A stretch of 64,000 nt of DNA from an uncultured Candidatus Saccharibacteria bacterium (GTDB lineage Bacteria; Patescibacteriota; Saccharimonadia; Saccharimonadales; UBA4665). The stretch is taken from positions 29,112 to 93,111 of the forward strand of contig CAVSRJ010000004.1 in assembly GCA_963730375.1 (NCBI GenBank), read 5' to 3'. Made by a program: the position numbers and the translations under genes. A model generated the notes under the pieces. The model was not told where the DNA came from, ran no database searches, and saw only the letters and a program-made list of their open reading frames with translations. How positions within the stretch are numbered: position 1 is the stretch's first letter; each line of letters starts with the position of its first letter. Positions 10,331 through 19,412 of the stretch are shown piece after piece.

Positions 10331-11871
10331 TTAAAACGGCGAGTCGATGCCGAGCTCCTTGGTGTATTCTGCTATCTTTTTGTCGAGCTCAGCGAGTCTG
10401 CGTCGAGCTTGCGGATTTCGGCCACGACTTCGTCTAGGTCAATTTCGGCTTCTTCCTCAAACGTATCGACATAGCGTGGGATGTTTAGGTTGTAGTCGTT
10501 TTCTTTAATCTCATCCAGCTGGCGACGTGGCTGTATTTGTCCTCGCTGGTTCGCTGCTGGTACGTTTCGATGATTTTGTCGATGTCGCTCGGGCGTAGGC
10601 GGTTTTGGTTCTTGCCCTTTTCGAAGTGCTTGCTGGCGTCGATGAATAGCACTTCTTTGTCGCTGCCACGGCATTTCTTGAACACCAAGATACAGGCTGG
10701 GATGCTGGTGCCAAAGAATAGGTTAGGCGGTAGGCCGATGACTGCATCGAGATAGTTCTTGTCTTCGATCAAGAACTTGCGGATGTGGCCTTCGGCTGCT
10801 CCGCGGAATAGTACACCGTGCGGCATGACGACAGCCATAGTGCCATTGTCGTCGAGCTGGTAGACCATGTGCTGGATGAAAGCGTAGTCGGCTTTGCTGC
10901 TTGGCGCGAGCTTGCCATACTGTGCGAAACGTTCGTCGCTGAGATGGATCGGATTGGCGGACCAGTTGGCGCTAAATGGCGGATTGGCTACAACGGCCTC
11001 GAAGCGATGTTCGGCATGCTGCGGGTGCTCCAATGTGTCTTCTTGCTTGATGTCGAAGTCGCTGAAGTGCACGTCGTGCAGGATCATGTTCATGCGCGCG
11101 AGGTTGTAGGTGGTGTTGTTCATCTCTTGGCCAAAGAAGCGGTCAACTTTGGCGTATTTGGAAATACGAAGCAGCAACGAGCCAGAGCCACAAGCTGGGT
11201 CGTAGACACTCTTGAGCTCTTTTTTGCCGCTGGTGACGATGCGCGCAAGGATCTGGCTGACTTCTTGTGGGGTGTAGAATTCGCCGGCTTTTTTGCCCGC
11301 GCCACTCGCGAACTGGCCGATGAGATATTCGTATGCATCGCCAAGGATGTCGATCTGGCTGTTTTCGAGCTGGAAGTCGATCTTGTCGAGGTGCAGTAGA
11401 ACTTTGCTGATGAGCTCGTTGCGCTGGCTGACGGTCTTGCCGAGGCGGCTGGCATTGAGATCGAGCTCGCTAAACAGCTGCTCGAAGTCTTCTTCGCTGT
11501 CTGTGCCCATGGTGCTCTGCTCGATACTGTTCATGATGCGCTCGAGATCTTCGTTGAGATTCTCGTTGGTCGGGCCAGTCTGCGCTACATGGTGAAATAG
11601 CTCGTTTGGCGCCAGGAAATAGCCGAGCTTATCAAGCGTAGCGTGCGGATCGCCTCGACATAGTCGCCCTTGTCGATAGATCTTGCTCGTATGTCAGGCC
11701 ATCTGGGCTGAGAAGCTTGTTGGCCTCGATCTCGATCTTTTCAGATAGATATTTGTAGAAGATAAAGCCAAGGATATAGTCGCGAAATTCGTCCGCATCC
11801 ATCTTGCCACGGAGCTCGTTGGCGATATTCCAGAGTTGGGTTTGTAGCTGCTTTTTCTGATCTTCGGACAT
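10331..11871 (-). pseudogene. hsdM: type I R-M DNA methyltransferase subunit, frameshifted
   Basis: The N-terminal piece (MSEDQKKQLQTQLWNIANELRGKMDADEFRDYILGFIFYKYLS) is at 11632-11871. The core at 10485-11534 has DPACGSGSLL and VVANPPFSANW. The C-terminal pieces are NDYNLNIPRYVD (10372-10674) and, in another frame, LAELDKKIAEYTKELGIDSPF* ending at 10331. There are at least three frame changes. Confidence 0.85.
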
Positions 11872-11942
11872 GTTCTGTATAGCCTCTCGGTAAACTGTTA
11901 CCCCTAGTTTACTCCAATCCAATCTGTTTTTGAACTGGTGGG

Positions 11943-12299
11943 CTACTGTTGGTCGGCTTCGGCCGGCATATGCGTGAAGACGATATGGCCGATGTGGCCA
12001 CTTTCTAGCTGGATGTCGCGCTCGTGGCTGCCGCCCATGTCGATGACCTCGTCAGGACCTTGGTGCAAAAAAGCCTCGGCTGTAATAATGCGTGCTCGAC
12101 CAATGTCCACGTGGCTTGGATTGGCAAAATCATACACCTCACCGCCGCTGTCGTCTGGGTGGCATCCTACTACGACGACATGCCGTTCGCCACTGCTGAA
12201 ATCTGAAAAGCTGCCCATAGCGCCCGGCTGGATATGGCCAAGGACTCGGCGACTCGCCTCGTCCTCGACGTTCCGTTGAAAAGCTACCTCAATAGTCAT
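11943..12299 (-). CDS. hypothetical protein (118 aa)
   Basis: This is the distal part of the 339-aa track ORF, starting at MTIEVAFQRNVEDE (ATG 12299-12297). No confident family assignment. Confidence 0.45.
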   Translation of the reverse strand: MTIEVAFQRNVEDEASRRVLGHIQPGAMGSFSDFSSGERHVVVVGCHPDDSGGEVYDFANPSHVDIGRARIITAEAFLHQGPDEVIDMGGSHERDIQLESGHIGHIVFTHMPAEADQQ

Positions 12300-12337
12300 A
12301 GTGCGCAAACTATACCACTTTCTTGTCAGTTTTGCAT

Positions 12338-12770
12338 TTATTTGAGGAGGGGCCAGTAGCGCAGCTGGCGCTGGCAGACGTCGGCGAACGTGTCCGGGTC
12401 CAGGCCGTGCTTGGTGGCGATGTGGTGGAGTTTGTGTAGCTTGCGGGGGTTGCGGACCTCGCGCACGGTGTACGTCGCGCCGGAGCGTCGGGCGGCCGTG
12501 TAGAAGAATAAAAACCGCAGCGTGTGCTTCGGGAAACATGTAGAGGCTGCCGTAGATGAACCGGGTCCTGCTGATGGGCGACGGCACGGCGTAGCCGTTC
12601 CAGCGGGCGCGGGTGACGCCGTAGACGACGTCGGCATACTCGCTCCAGCGATTAATGAGTCCCCGCTCTGCCTGCAGCTCGGCGAACTCTTCGGCCATGT
12701 AGCGCTCGTGCCAGGCTTTGTCGCGGTGCGGCATATCGAGCAGGTTGTGCCAGCGGCGATACACTATCAT
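12338..12770 (-). pseudogene. G+C-rich hypothetical gene, frameshifted
   Basis: MIVYRRWHNLLDMPHRDKAWHERYMAEEFAELQAERGL...FIYGSLYMFP (frame of ORF 11943-12962) continues in the frame of ORF 12338-12637 (KHTLRFLFFYTAARRSGATYTVREVRNPRKLHKLHHIATKHGLDPDTFADVCQRQLRYWPLLK*). Local G+C is clearly above the backbone. Confidence 0.5.
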
Positions 12771-12831
12771 GCTATGACAATAGCACCACCAGCGGTTACT
12801 GGTCGAATGCGCTGGTGTCGTGCAGGGTGTA

Positions 12832-13264
12832 CTAACGCAGATCCATGCGGGTGAGCGAATCTGGCGAGTTGCTAAAGCCCTGCTCGATGATAGCGGCTGC
12901 TGGATGGCGGTTGGTGGGCGACAGTTCGGTGTACAGGTAGCGGATGCCCATCTCCCCGACAATGTTCATGCGCCGGTTGAAAATAGCGGTGCCGATACCC
13001 TGCTGTCGGTGGTCGGGATGCACGTATAAAGTCACACAGGACGGCATGGCGGGCGTTGCCTGCTAGAAAGCCGATGCCGACGAGCTCTTTGTTACTGATG
13101 CGGCGCACGCCAACGGTGGCGATTGATTCATCAATAACTCGGTCCCAGAGGGTGGCGTCGCGCTCAGTGCCCCACTCACCAGCGTCGCGCAAATGCACTA
13201 CTTCTTCACCGATAACATCGCTGTCGAACTCGTAGCCGTCGGGCAACTTTTCTGATAAAGTCAT
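12832..13264 (-). pseudogene. GNAT-family N-acetyltransferase, frameshifted
   Basis: The N-terminal half MTLSEKLPDGYEFD...VGIGFLAGNARHA (ORF 12872-13300) joins a C-terminal half in another frame, LYVHPDHRQQGIGTAIFNRRMNIVGEMGIRYLYTEL (ORF 12832-13047). The latter carries the Q/R-x-x-G-x-G/A acetyl-CoA motif. Confidence 0.7.
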
Positions 13265-13321
13265 AGTATTATAATACAACAATACGCTAACAAAATGCAA
13301 TGCTTCACGGATAGGATGAGG

Positions 13322-13945
13322 CTAGTCGAGACTTCGGAGGCGAAATCCGTCCGGAAGGTCAGACGAGTCGTCAAGGCCGGAAAATTGTGCAGCGAAGTAC
13401 TCTTCGTTGGCGGCTTCTTCGATCGTGGCGAGACATAGTGACATAACGATACGCGGCAAATGCTGGCGCTTGGTGGCCTGTCGCGAGATTCTGTCTGACA
13501 TGTCAAAGACTATGTCGCGGGTGGCGGGTTTGTCGAAGGCGTTGATGGCTCGCTCGGCTCTCGCTATGAGATCCCTGCGCACGACTATAACATCGCCGCC
13601 TTGTGGAATGACTTCATCTGTTGGAAATGGGGTGCGCTGGCCATCGGGAAGCCCCTGCGCTAGATCTGCAATCCGCCAGGCGACGACTAACCCCTTGAAG
13701 GCCATTTTTCTGTTGAACTTATCTGAGGCAATCGCTGGAAACGCTGTCTGTAGTATGTCATCGCTAAGTTTCGGGTAGATACCTTCGTCTTGTTCGACGA
13801 TTTCCCTGACACCAAAGGTGTTGTTCATGCCTAGTTCGCTGCGTAGGGTTTCGCGTATCTCGTCATGGCGAGCGGCGATGCCTGCTTCGAGCGATACGTA
13901 TTGTAGTGGGGATGGTGCTGATTCTGACATATATCGAGTGTACAC
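13322..13945 (-). CDS. hypothetical protein
   Basis: 207-aa ORF with no recognisable domain. First gene of a same-strand run of orphans. Confidence 0.6.
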   Translation of the reverse strand: MYTRYMSESAPSPLQYVSLEAGIAARHDEIRETLRSELGMNNTFGVREIVEQDEGIYPKLSDDILQTAFPAIASDKFNRKMAFKGLVVAWRIADLAQGLPDGQRTPFPTDEVIPQGGDVIVVRRDLIARAERAINAFDKPATRDIVFDMSDRISRQATKRQHLPRIVMSLCLATIEEAANEEYFAAQFSGLDDSSDLPDGFRLRSLD

Positions 13946-14026
13946 CCTCTGTCCAGAACAGAAAGTGCCTGTGCTTGTATCTGGTCATACTATTGTTATC
14001 CGGTGTGCCAGATATCGAACATCCGA

Positions 14027-14068
14027 TTAGCTAACTGTTTCGCGGACGTCTGCGCACCCCATGACTAA
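14027..14068 (-). repeat. duplicated 3' end of the small ORF at 14348-14497
   Basis: The minus strand reads LVMGCADVRETVS*. The small ORF ends LVMDCTDVRETVT*. Nucleotide identity is about 80% over roughly 40 nt, with no upstream coding continuation. Confidence 0.4.
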
Positions 14069-14105
14069 TTACTAGCTGGGGACTACCACATTGTTAGAAT
14101 TGGAT

Positions 14106-14312
14106 TTAATCCTTGTTGAGATATTTGCCAGCGACACTGAGGGCAAATGACGGCAATATGACAAATACCGTCACCTGCAGCATTCGCTGTAATACTTCGT
14201 TGAGACTGGACGGTTCATGGCCGTTGGCAGGCAGAGTCAGTACCAATAAAATGCCGACGATACCGAACGTCACTGAGGCGATGATGAATACACGGGTAGC
14301 TATACGTTGCAT
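14106..14312 (-). CDS. small membrane protein (68 aa, two hydrophobic helices)
   Basis: ORF-track product MQRIATRVFIIASVTFGIVGILLVLTL...VTVFVILPSFALSVAG. Confidence 0.5.
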   Translation of the reverse strand: MQRIATRVFIIASVTFGIVGILLVLTLPANGHEPSSLNEVLQRMLQVTVFVILPSFALSVAGKYLNKD

Positions 14313-14347
14313 ATCTACAGCATAGCACTAATTACGTGCTAGTGAGG

Positions 14348-14497
14348 CTACGTAACAGTTTCGCGAACGTCGGTGCAATCCATGACTAACTGAATGCCGG
14401 CGGCTGCTCCATAGCGTACGGATGGTGCCCATTTGACATACCCCTCGGCGACTTCATCCAATATCTCGATGGTGTATGGCATGGTATCTACTAACAT
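14348..14497 (-). CDS. small hypothetical protein (49 aa)
   Basis: This is the distal part of ORF 14348-14581. The start is placed at MLVDTMPYTIEIL because upstream codons overlap the preceding gene. A partial copy at 14027-14068 gives weak support. Confidence 0.3.
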   Translation of the reverse strand: MLVDTMPYTIEILDEVAEGYVKWAPSVRYGAAAGIQLVMDCTDVRETVT

Positions 14498-14523
14498 TCC
14501 GGAAGCCTGCAGTATACATCCTT

Positions 14524-15189
14524 CTAATGCTTTGCGCGGTAGCGGACGGCCGACATGTAGATACCTAGGACGATGAGCCACAGCGTCTGCGGATAGCCAG
14601 CCAGGCGCTCCATGCCACCGGCGCCGAAGCCGAGGTAGATGCCGAATACGAACAACACAAATGCCGCGGTGGCTACGACGCCGGATATCAGCGTGTAGAT
14701 GCGGAAGCCGCGACGAACCTGGCGGAGTGCCAGTGACAAGATAATCATCGCTACATTGCCGACGCCCAGAGCCAGGAACGCTCCAATAGCATGGAGGCTG
14801 CTGACGGTGTTCTCTGGAAACGCCCCGACGAGTATGGCGCCGACACCGGCGGCTGCCATCATACTGAAGCCGATAAGCGAGCTGCGACTACGCTGAAACA
14901 TCTGGTAGATTAGTAACGAACCCAGCGCCATGGTGAGACCCAACATGATGAATGAGCCGTTCATGAGTGAGTGCTGCGGCGAGCAGACCACTCGGTCGGC
15001 ATAGGGCCCGCATGCGGTGTTGCCCAGGTCACTAATAACATTGCGCGTCCAGCTGTAGGCGGGCGACGTCCAGGCGGCGGCTGCCACCAGCTGTGCCAGG
15101 AAATACTGGATGCTGAGTATCCAGACGATGGGCCCGACAAAGGGATACTGATTGGTAAAGACGGCCACGCGCCGCATGGGATGCATCAT
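14524..15189 (-). CDS. polytopic membrane protein, DUF998-like
   Basis: About six hydrophobic helices. The N-terminal 'FVGPIVWILSIQYFLAQLVAAAAW...SWTRNVISDLG' resembles DUF998 proteins. Start taken at MMHPMRR. Confidence 0.5.
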   Translation of the reverse strand: MMHPMRRVAVFTNQYPFVGPIVWILSIQYFLAQLVAAAAWTSPAYSWTRNVISDLGNTACGPYADRVVCSPQHSLMNGSFIMLGLTMALGSLLIYQMFQRSRSSLIGFSMMAAAGVGAILVGAFPENTVSSLHAIGAFLALGVGNVAMIILSLALRQVRRGFRIYTLISGVVATAAFVLFVFGIYLGFGAGGMERLAGYPQTLWLIVLGIYMSAVRYRAKH

Positions 15190-15234
15190 GCCACCATGAT
15201 AGCACTCGCAAAGTGCCACGAACCGTACATAACG

Positions 15235-16179
15235 CTACTCAACTGACAGCTGTTTGACCCAGTTGCCGTCGGGAAGCTGCTGGTAGTCCATGCGCTCGGC
15301 GACCGCGTCGTAACTGCCGTGGCCGTACTTGCGCGCCTTTGGCCACAAATTGTGTACGTGTCCCTGGACGCCGACCGTATCTATACCAAGCTCAACGGCG
15401 ACAGTTTCCCACGAGTTAACGAGCGTCCGTCTCCAGTCGAGGCCATTGTGCAGGCCGGTACTGTAATATTCACTCTTAGTACTCTTGTCCTTGCGTACGT
15501 TCGTGACGTCTTGGAGTTGTCTGATAATGAGCTGGCCAGCGTCATTGATGCCCGCTCCGGCAACTGCGATGACATGGCTGCCGTACGTCAGCCCGATACC
15601 ATGTTGTGTGTCCAGATACGGCACTGACCCAGAGCGATATGAGCATGTTATCCCGGGAGGGAGCTCTACGCTAGCACCTGCTGTCGATAATGTACGAAAA
15701 CTACCGCGGCCATAAAGCCCCATTATGGGGATTAGATTAAATAATTCAGCATAACGGATTGTACCGTCACGCATGTTGCTCGGAACCATAACCGCATTGG
15801 GGTTGAGTCGCTCGATGATATCGGGAAGCTGTTGCTCCAGCCGGTGCTCGAGTGGGTGTCGCTGACTGCCATAGATCTGGACCTCTGTCTGAATAGAGAC
15901 GTCTGTGCTGGGTTGCTGCTGGAGAGGAAGATCATCGCTATGGAGATTAGCTTCCAGCTCGTCGATCTCAGCTCGCTCGAGTCGGTCGTCGTCGCTATCG
16001 TATAGGGCTCCGTATGGGTTGTCGGCAGCATACCCCTCCTCTACCCCGCTACGGCGGCGAGCATGCTGCAACTCCGCAAACTTTGTGGCAAACTGTGCTG
16101 ATTGGTCGGTATCTTTGGCCGGTTCTACCGTGCCGGAATCAATATCAGCAAATGGATAGGGGCTAGCCTCATAACTCAT
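15235..16179 (-). CDS. hypothetical protein
   Basis: 314-aa ORF with an acidic N-terminal third. No recognisable domain. Confidence 0.6.
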   Translation of the reverse strand: MSYEASPYPFADIDSGTVEPAKDTDQSAQFATKFAELQHARRRSGVEEGYAADNPYGALYDSDDDRLERAEIDELEANLHSDDLPLQQQPSTDVSIQTEVQIYGSQRHPLEHRLEQQLPDIIERLNPNAVMVPSNMRDGTIRYAELFNLIPIMGLYGRGSFRTLSTAGASVELPPGITCSYRSGSVPYLDTQHGIGLTYGSHVIAVAGAGINDAGQLIIRQLQDVTNVRKDKSTKSEYYSTGLHNGLDWRRTLVNSWETVAVELGIDTVGVQGHVHNLWPKARKYGHGSYDAVAERMDYQQLPDGNWVKQLSVE

Positions 16180-16248
16180 GGTGCATAACTATATAACTAA
16201 TTTGAATGTACGTAAACAATCCTGGAAATTTGCTGCGCCACTCGCTGA

Positions 16249-16740
16249 CTACAGGTTGGGGTTAGAATCGGGACGAAGTTTGTTGGTGTCCGATTTATTT
16301 GGTTGTTGTCGATGTAGTGCGCCCAAATACCTGACAGCCTGATACGCAAACCGGCCGCGACCGTCAATACCACAGAGTTCTGCGGCGCAGCCGGCCCGAC
16401 CGAGATCATAGGCACGGACTTGTAAATCGATGTTCTCGTCCGTCCAGTACTCGGGCGCATATGGGTCAAGTATGGTGACGCGTGGTGGCTTGGATGCGAT
16501 GGCCTCGTCTAGCATACGAAACGTGGGTTTGTCTGCACGTAAATACTCCCAGTCGGCTGTGCCGGGCGTGAGGTCTACCTCTGAAAAAACCCTAGTGGTG
16601 ACTTGGGCGAGTGCCGTCTGGACGACTTCGTTGATGCTATGTAGCTGACGTTCTGCCCGCAACTGCTGCAGTTCAGCTACGAAGGGGTCATCTATGGGCA
16701 GCGGGAACGACTTTAGTTCTGGAGATATCTCGAAAGCCAT
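16249..16740 (-). CDS. hypothetical protein, paralog family A
   Basis: 163-aa ORF. It shares LPIDD, WEYL and 'AAELCGIDGRGRFAYQAVRY' blocks with 3513-3992. Confidence 0.65.
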   Translation of the reverse strand: MAFEISPELKSFPLPIDDPFVAELQQLRAERQLHSINEVVQTALAQVTTRVFSEVDLTPGTADWEYLRADKPTFRMLDEAIASKPPRVTILDPYAPEYWTDENIDLQVRAYDLGRAGCAAELCGIDGRGRFAYQAVRYLGALHRQQPNKSDTNKLRPDSNPNL

Positions 16741-16800
16741 AGTGTATATTTATAGCATATGTAGTGAAATTGTCAAACATCTGCGCTGTTCAGTAGAGCG

Positions 16801-17505
16801 CTATCGAGCCGGCAGCTCTGCAAACTCATGGGGTGAGATGGTGCAATACGGCAAAGGCAGTGGCAATTGACACGTCTCACCAGTAGCGTATGCGTACGTC
16901 AGCATGGTAGTAACCGCGTCACTGCCCAGTGCATCGAGCGTGGGCTGCTCCTGTGGCAACGTCTGGAAGGAGAAAATACCGCGCACCTCATGCACGTGGT
17001 CACTGTGGGGATCGCGATACAAGCGTGACTCGACACCGCTGCCTGTTTCAATCAGTAGACCATCATTCGTAACGCCGTAGTATCTATCGAATTCGCACGA
17101 GGAGTCCAGTGCAGTGTCCGGATAATGTGCAAACAAGATGGCGCGTCCGACTGATTCGAAACCTGTGGTCTGGACGTAGCCGCTCCGAGCGAAGCTGCTA
17201 TGAGGCACTCGATCCGTCGGCGTCGAACCATAGGATACCTGACGCCACAATCGTTGACGTGGTGCTCGTCCCCCGCGAACGGCTGTGTATGTTTCCCTGC
17301 CTAGGTTGCGGAGTTCGTGTGCTATGCGACCCTGTTCTACTTGCTGACGAAGCCGGGCCGCAAGACCGGTCGCCTGCGCCAGCTGGTGTGCACGAAGGAG
17401 CTGGTCGTGCTCCTGGGCAACTTCGGGAGCACGGCGACGTATTTCGGTTCGGCGCTGGTCGGCAATGTCTATTGGTATACTAACTTGTTCAGATAAATTC
17501 ATCAT
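16801..17505 (-). CDS. hypothetical protein
   Basis: ORF 16801-17556. Start placed at MMNLSEQ. No recognisable domain. Confidence 0.55.
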   Translation of the reverse strand: MMNLSEQVSIPIDIADQRRTEIRRRAPEVAQEHDQLLRAHQLAQATGLAARLRQQVEQGRIAHELRNLGRETYTAVRGGRAPRQRLWRQVSYGSTPTDRVPHSSFARSGYVQTTGFESVGRAILFAHYPDTALDSSCEFDRYYGVTNDGLLIETGSGVESRLYRDPHSDHVHEVRGIFSFQTLPQEQPTLDALGSDAVTTMLTYAYATGETCQLPLPLPYCTISPHEFAELPAR

Positions 17506-17602
17506 ACCTCGGTACACTAATCGGATTATTATCTCCAATATGCTGCAAAAACACAAGTAGCACTGGTGTCAAAAAAGTGTTACCACACGGTTGTTATGAG
17601 CG

Positions 17603-18241
17603 TTAGTTCGATTCGGGGGATTGCCGGTTCTGATAAAAACTTTCCCAATGGGCTAGATCAACCATCATGGAGTCAAAGGTTCCGGCCATGGCCGCGTAGC
17701 CTCGTGCGGCCGCTCGTTCGTGTTCGTCATGAGTCGAGGTCGAGACGGTCGCGCACAACATGGCGATGGCTAGATTGACCGCAGTTCCCTCTGCTCTGGG
17801 CAAATCGCGGTAGGCATCGTCCAGTGACTCTTGATATGCAACGATGTTTTTTGCAGGTGTACCGTGCCAGCCTACGCCAGCGGCTATGGTGGGGCGAGCC
17901 TCCGAGTGCAGGATTTGCCTGCGCAAACTCTGTTGCAGTGGCAAGTGCGTACTTATCGCCAGCAGCCCTCCGTAGTGATATGACTTCATCCGAGGATCTT
18001 CAAAGGCTTTTTTGGTATCTACTTCCCCAATTGATTCTAGCTGGCGGAGCCACAATAACCCGGTATCATCGAGAAAGGTCTTTCCCAAGTGCGTGTCATT
18101 GTAGGCAGCACCCAGTTTTGTTTCGACATATTTGCGAAACGAGAGCTCTGTCAGTCTGGCAGATTTCATAACATTGGATATTCTGGTTGGCGCGTCGATT
18201 TGTATCTGGCCCTCGTTGCGGGGCCCTTCATGCTCTGTCAT
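17603..18241 (-). CDS. hypothetical protein
   Basis: 212-aa ORF with no recognisable domain. Confidence 0.6.
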   Translation of the reverse strand: MTEHEGPRNEGQIQIDAPTRISNVMKSARLTELSFRKYVETKLGAAYNDTHLGKTFLDDTGLLWLRQLESIGEVDTKKAFEDPRMKSYHYGGLLAISTHLPLQQSLRRQILHSEARPTIAAGVGWHGTPAKNIVAYQESLDDAYRDLPRAEGTAVNLAIAMLCATVSTSTHDEHERAAARGYAAMAGTFDSMMVDLAHWESFYQNRQSPESN

Positions 18242-18284
18242 GCGACTAGTATGCCTCCATCTGAGGATATGTCAAGCAAACCAC

Positions 18285-18842
18285 TTACTTCAGCAGCTGT
18301 GCGAGTTCGTCATCGAGTGAAGCGCTGACGGTTTCAACAAATCGGTGCCGTGCCCCATCCTCCAAGTGCATAAAACACAGACCAACCGCTGTTTGTGCCA
18401 GTGCACCGTAGTCTCCACTGGAATCAATACGAGGCAATTGCTCAGCAAATATGCGGTACGTAGCCGGACGGTCGATAAAATAACCATACCCCATGCCATG
18501 CAACCGTCCGATGTAAGATGCTTCGGTTTCGTCGTCGTGCGGTCGAGCCAGAGTCATATTGCTGCCCAGGACGGAGTTCATCATGTTGGTTGTCCTGAAG
18601 GCAAACGAAAAGCCGTCAAACGCTACCGTGCGCGCTTCGGCATCATCGGGGTGAAAACTTTTGGCGATTAGGTCGCTATAGGAGATGATTTTGCCGCCTA
18701 GCAGCTGGGCTAGCTCTGGCAGGTAAAATGTTCCAAGTTCGGCATGGGTTCTGGCCAGCTCGTCGTTAAGATCCTTTTCATGCTGCATGGCCTGAGTTTC
18801 GACGGAAAGTTCTTCGACCGGTATACGCTGAAATGGTGGCAT
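18285..18842 (-). CDS. hypothetical protein
   Basis: 185-aa ORF with no recognisable domain. Confidence 0.6.
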   Translation of the reverse strand: MPPFQRIPVEELSVETQAMQHEKDLNDELARTHAELGTFYLPELAQLLGGKIISYSDLIAKSFHPDDAEARTVAFDGFSFAFRTTNMMNSVLGSNMTLARPHDDETEASYIGRLHGMGYGYFIDRPATYRIFAEQLPRIDSSGDYGALAQTAVGLCFMHLEDGARHRFVETVSASLDDELAQLLK

Positions 18843-18988
18843 GAGTTAGGGCTCGCTCCGTTGCTCGCTTTTATAGCATGCCATTATGACATGAAGAATA
18901 TGTGCGTCAAACGTTTGCCGTTATCGTTTCGTGTCATGCTCATGTTGCAGTAGCTTCCTAACAGAGCGACCTGGCGATTACCTGGAAG

Positions 18989-19288
18989 TTAGCATGCTTC
19001 GGGAGTTCCCGGGAATCGCAGCTGCTCGGCGACCTCGTCAGAGATTTCGCCGTACAGCTCGGGTCGCTGTCCCGGACACTTTCCATTGACACATTTCTGG
19101 CCGAGTAACGTAACTAAATCGCCCAATGAACGTGCCGAGCGGTCAACATCGGCGAGGCTGTCGAAAAGTAGTTTGTCTGTTTCAAGTTGGTCGGGCACCG
19201 GGCACGTGGAGCAGTCCTGGGTGCACTCGTCGGTATCGTACCCGATAGGGACGGTGGAGGAAACGATACGGTATCCGTCGTGGGTCAT
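18989..19288 (-). CDS. hypothetical Cys-rich protein (99 aa)
   Basis: The ORF contains seven Cys, including C-x3-C-x2-C (CTQDCSTC) and C-x4-C (CVNGKC). Confidence 0.5.
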   Translation of the reverse strand: MTHDGYRIVSSTVPIGYDTDECTQDCSTCPVPDQLETDKLLFDSLADVDRSARSLGDLVTLLGQKCVNGKCPGQRPELYGEISDEVAEQLRFPGTPEAC

Positions 19289-19412
19289 ACCTCTACCCTA
19301 TCATCATTCGCGTGGTATGTTCAATTAACCCCTGTATCGGTGATGGGTATCACAGCCTGGGCTATGGCGCTGCTGATACAATGAACTTGTAACATTCCCA
19401 AAGGAAATATCT

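Noticed and set aside
11943-12962. 339-aa minus-strand ORF taken at face value
   Set aside because: It is a chimera. Its distal third is a plausible 118-aa gene (start 12299). Its middle is an out-of-frame read-through of the frameshifted G+C-rich gene (P/R/A-rich nonsense). Its start lies inside the GNAT pseudogene.
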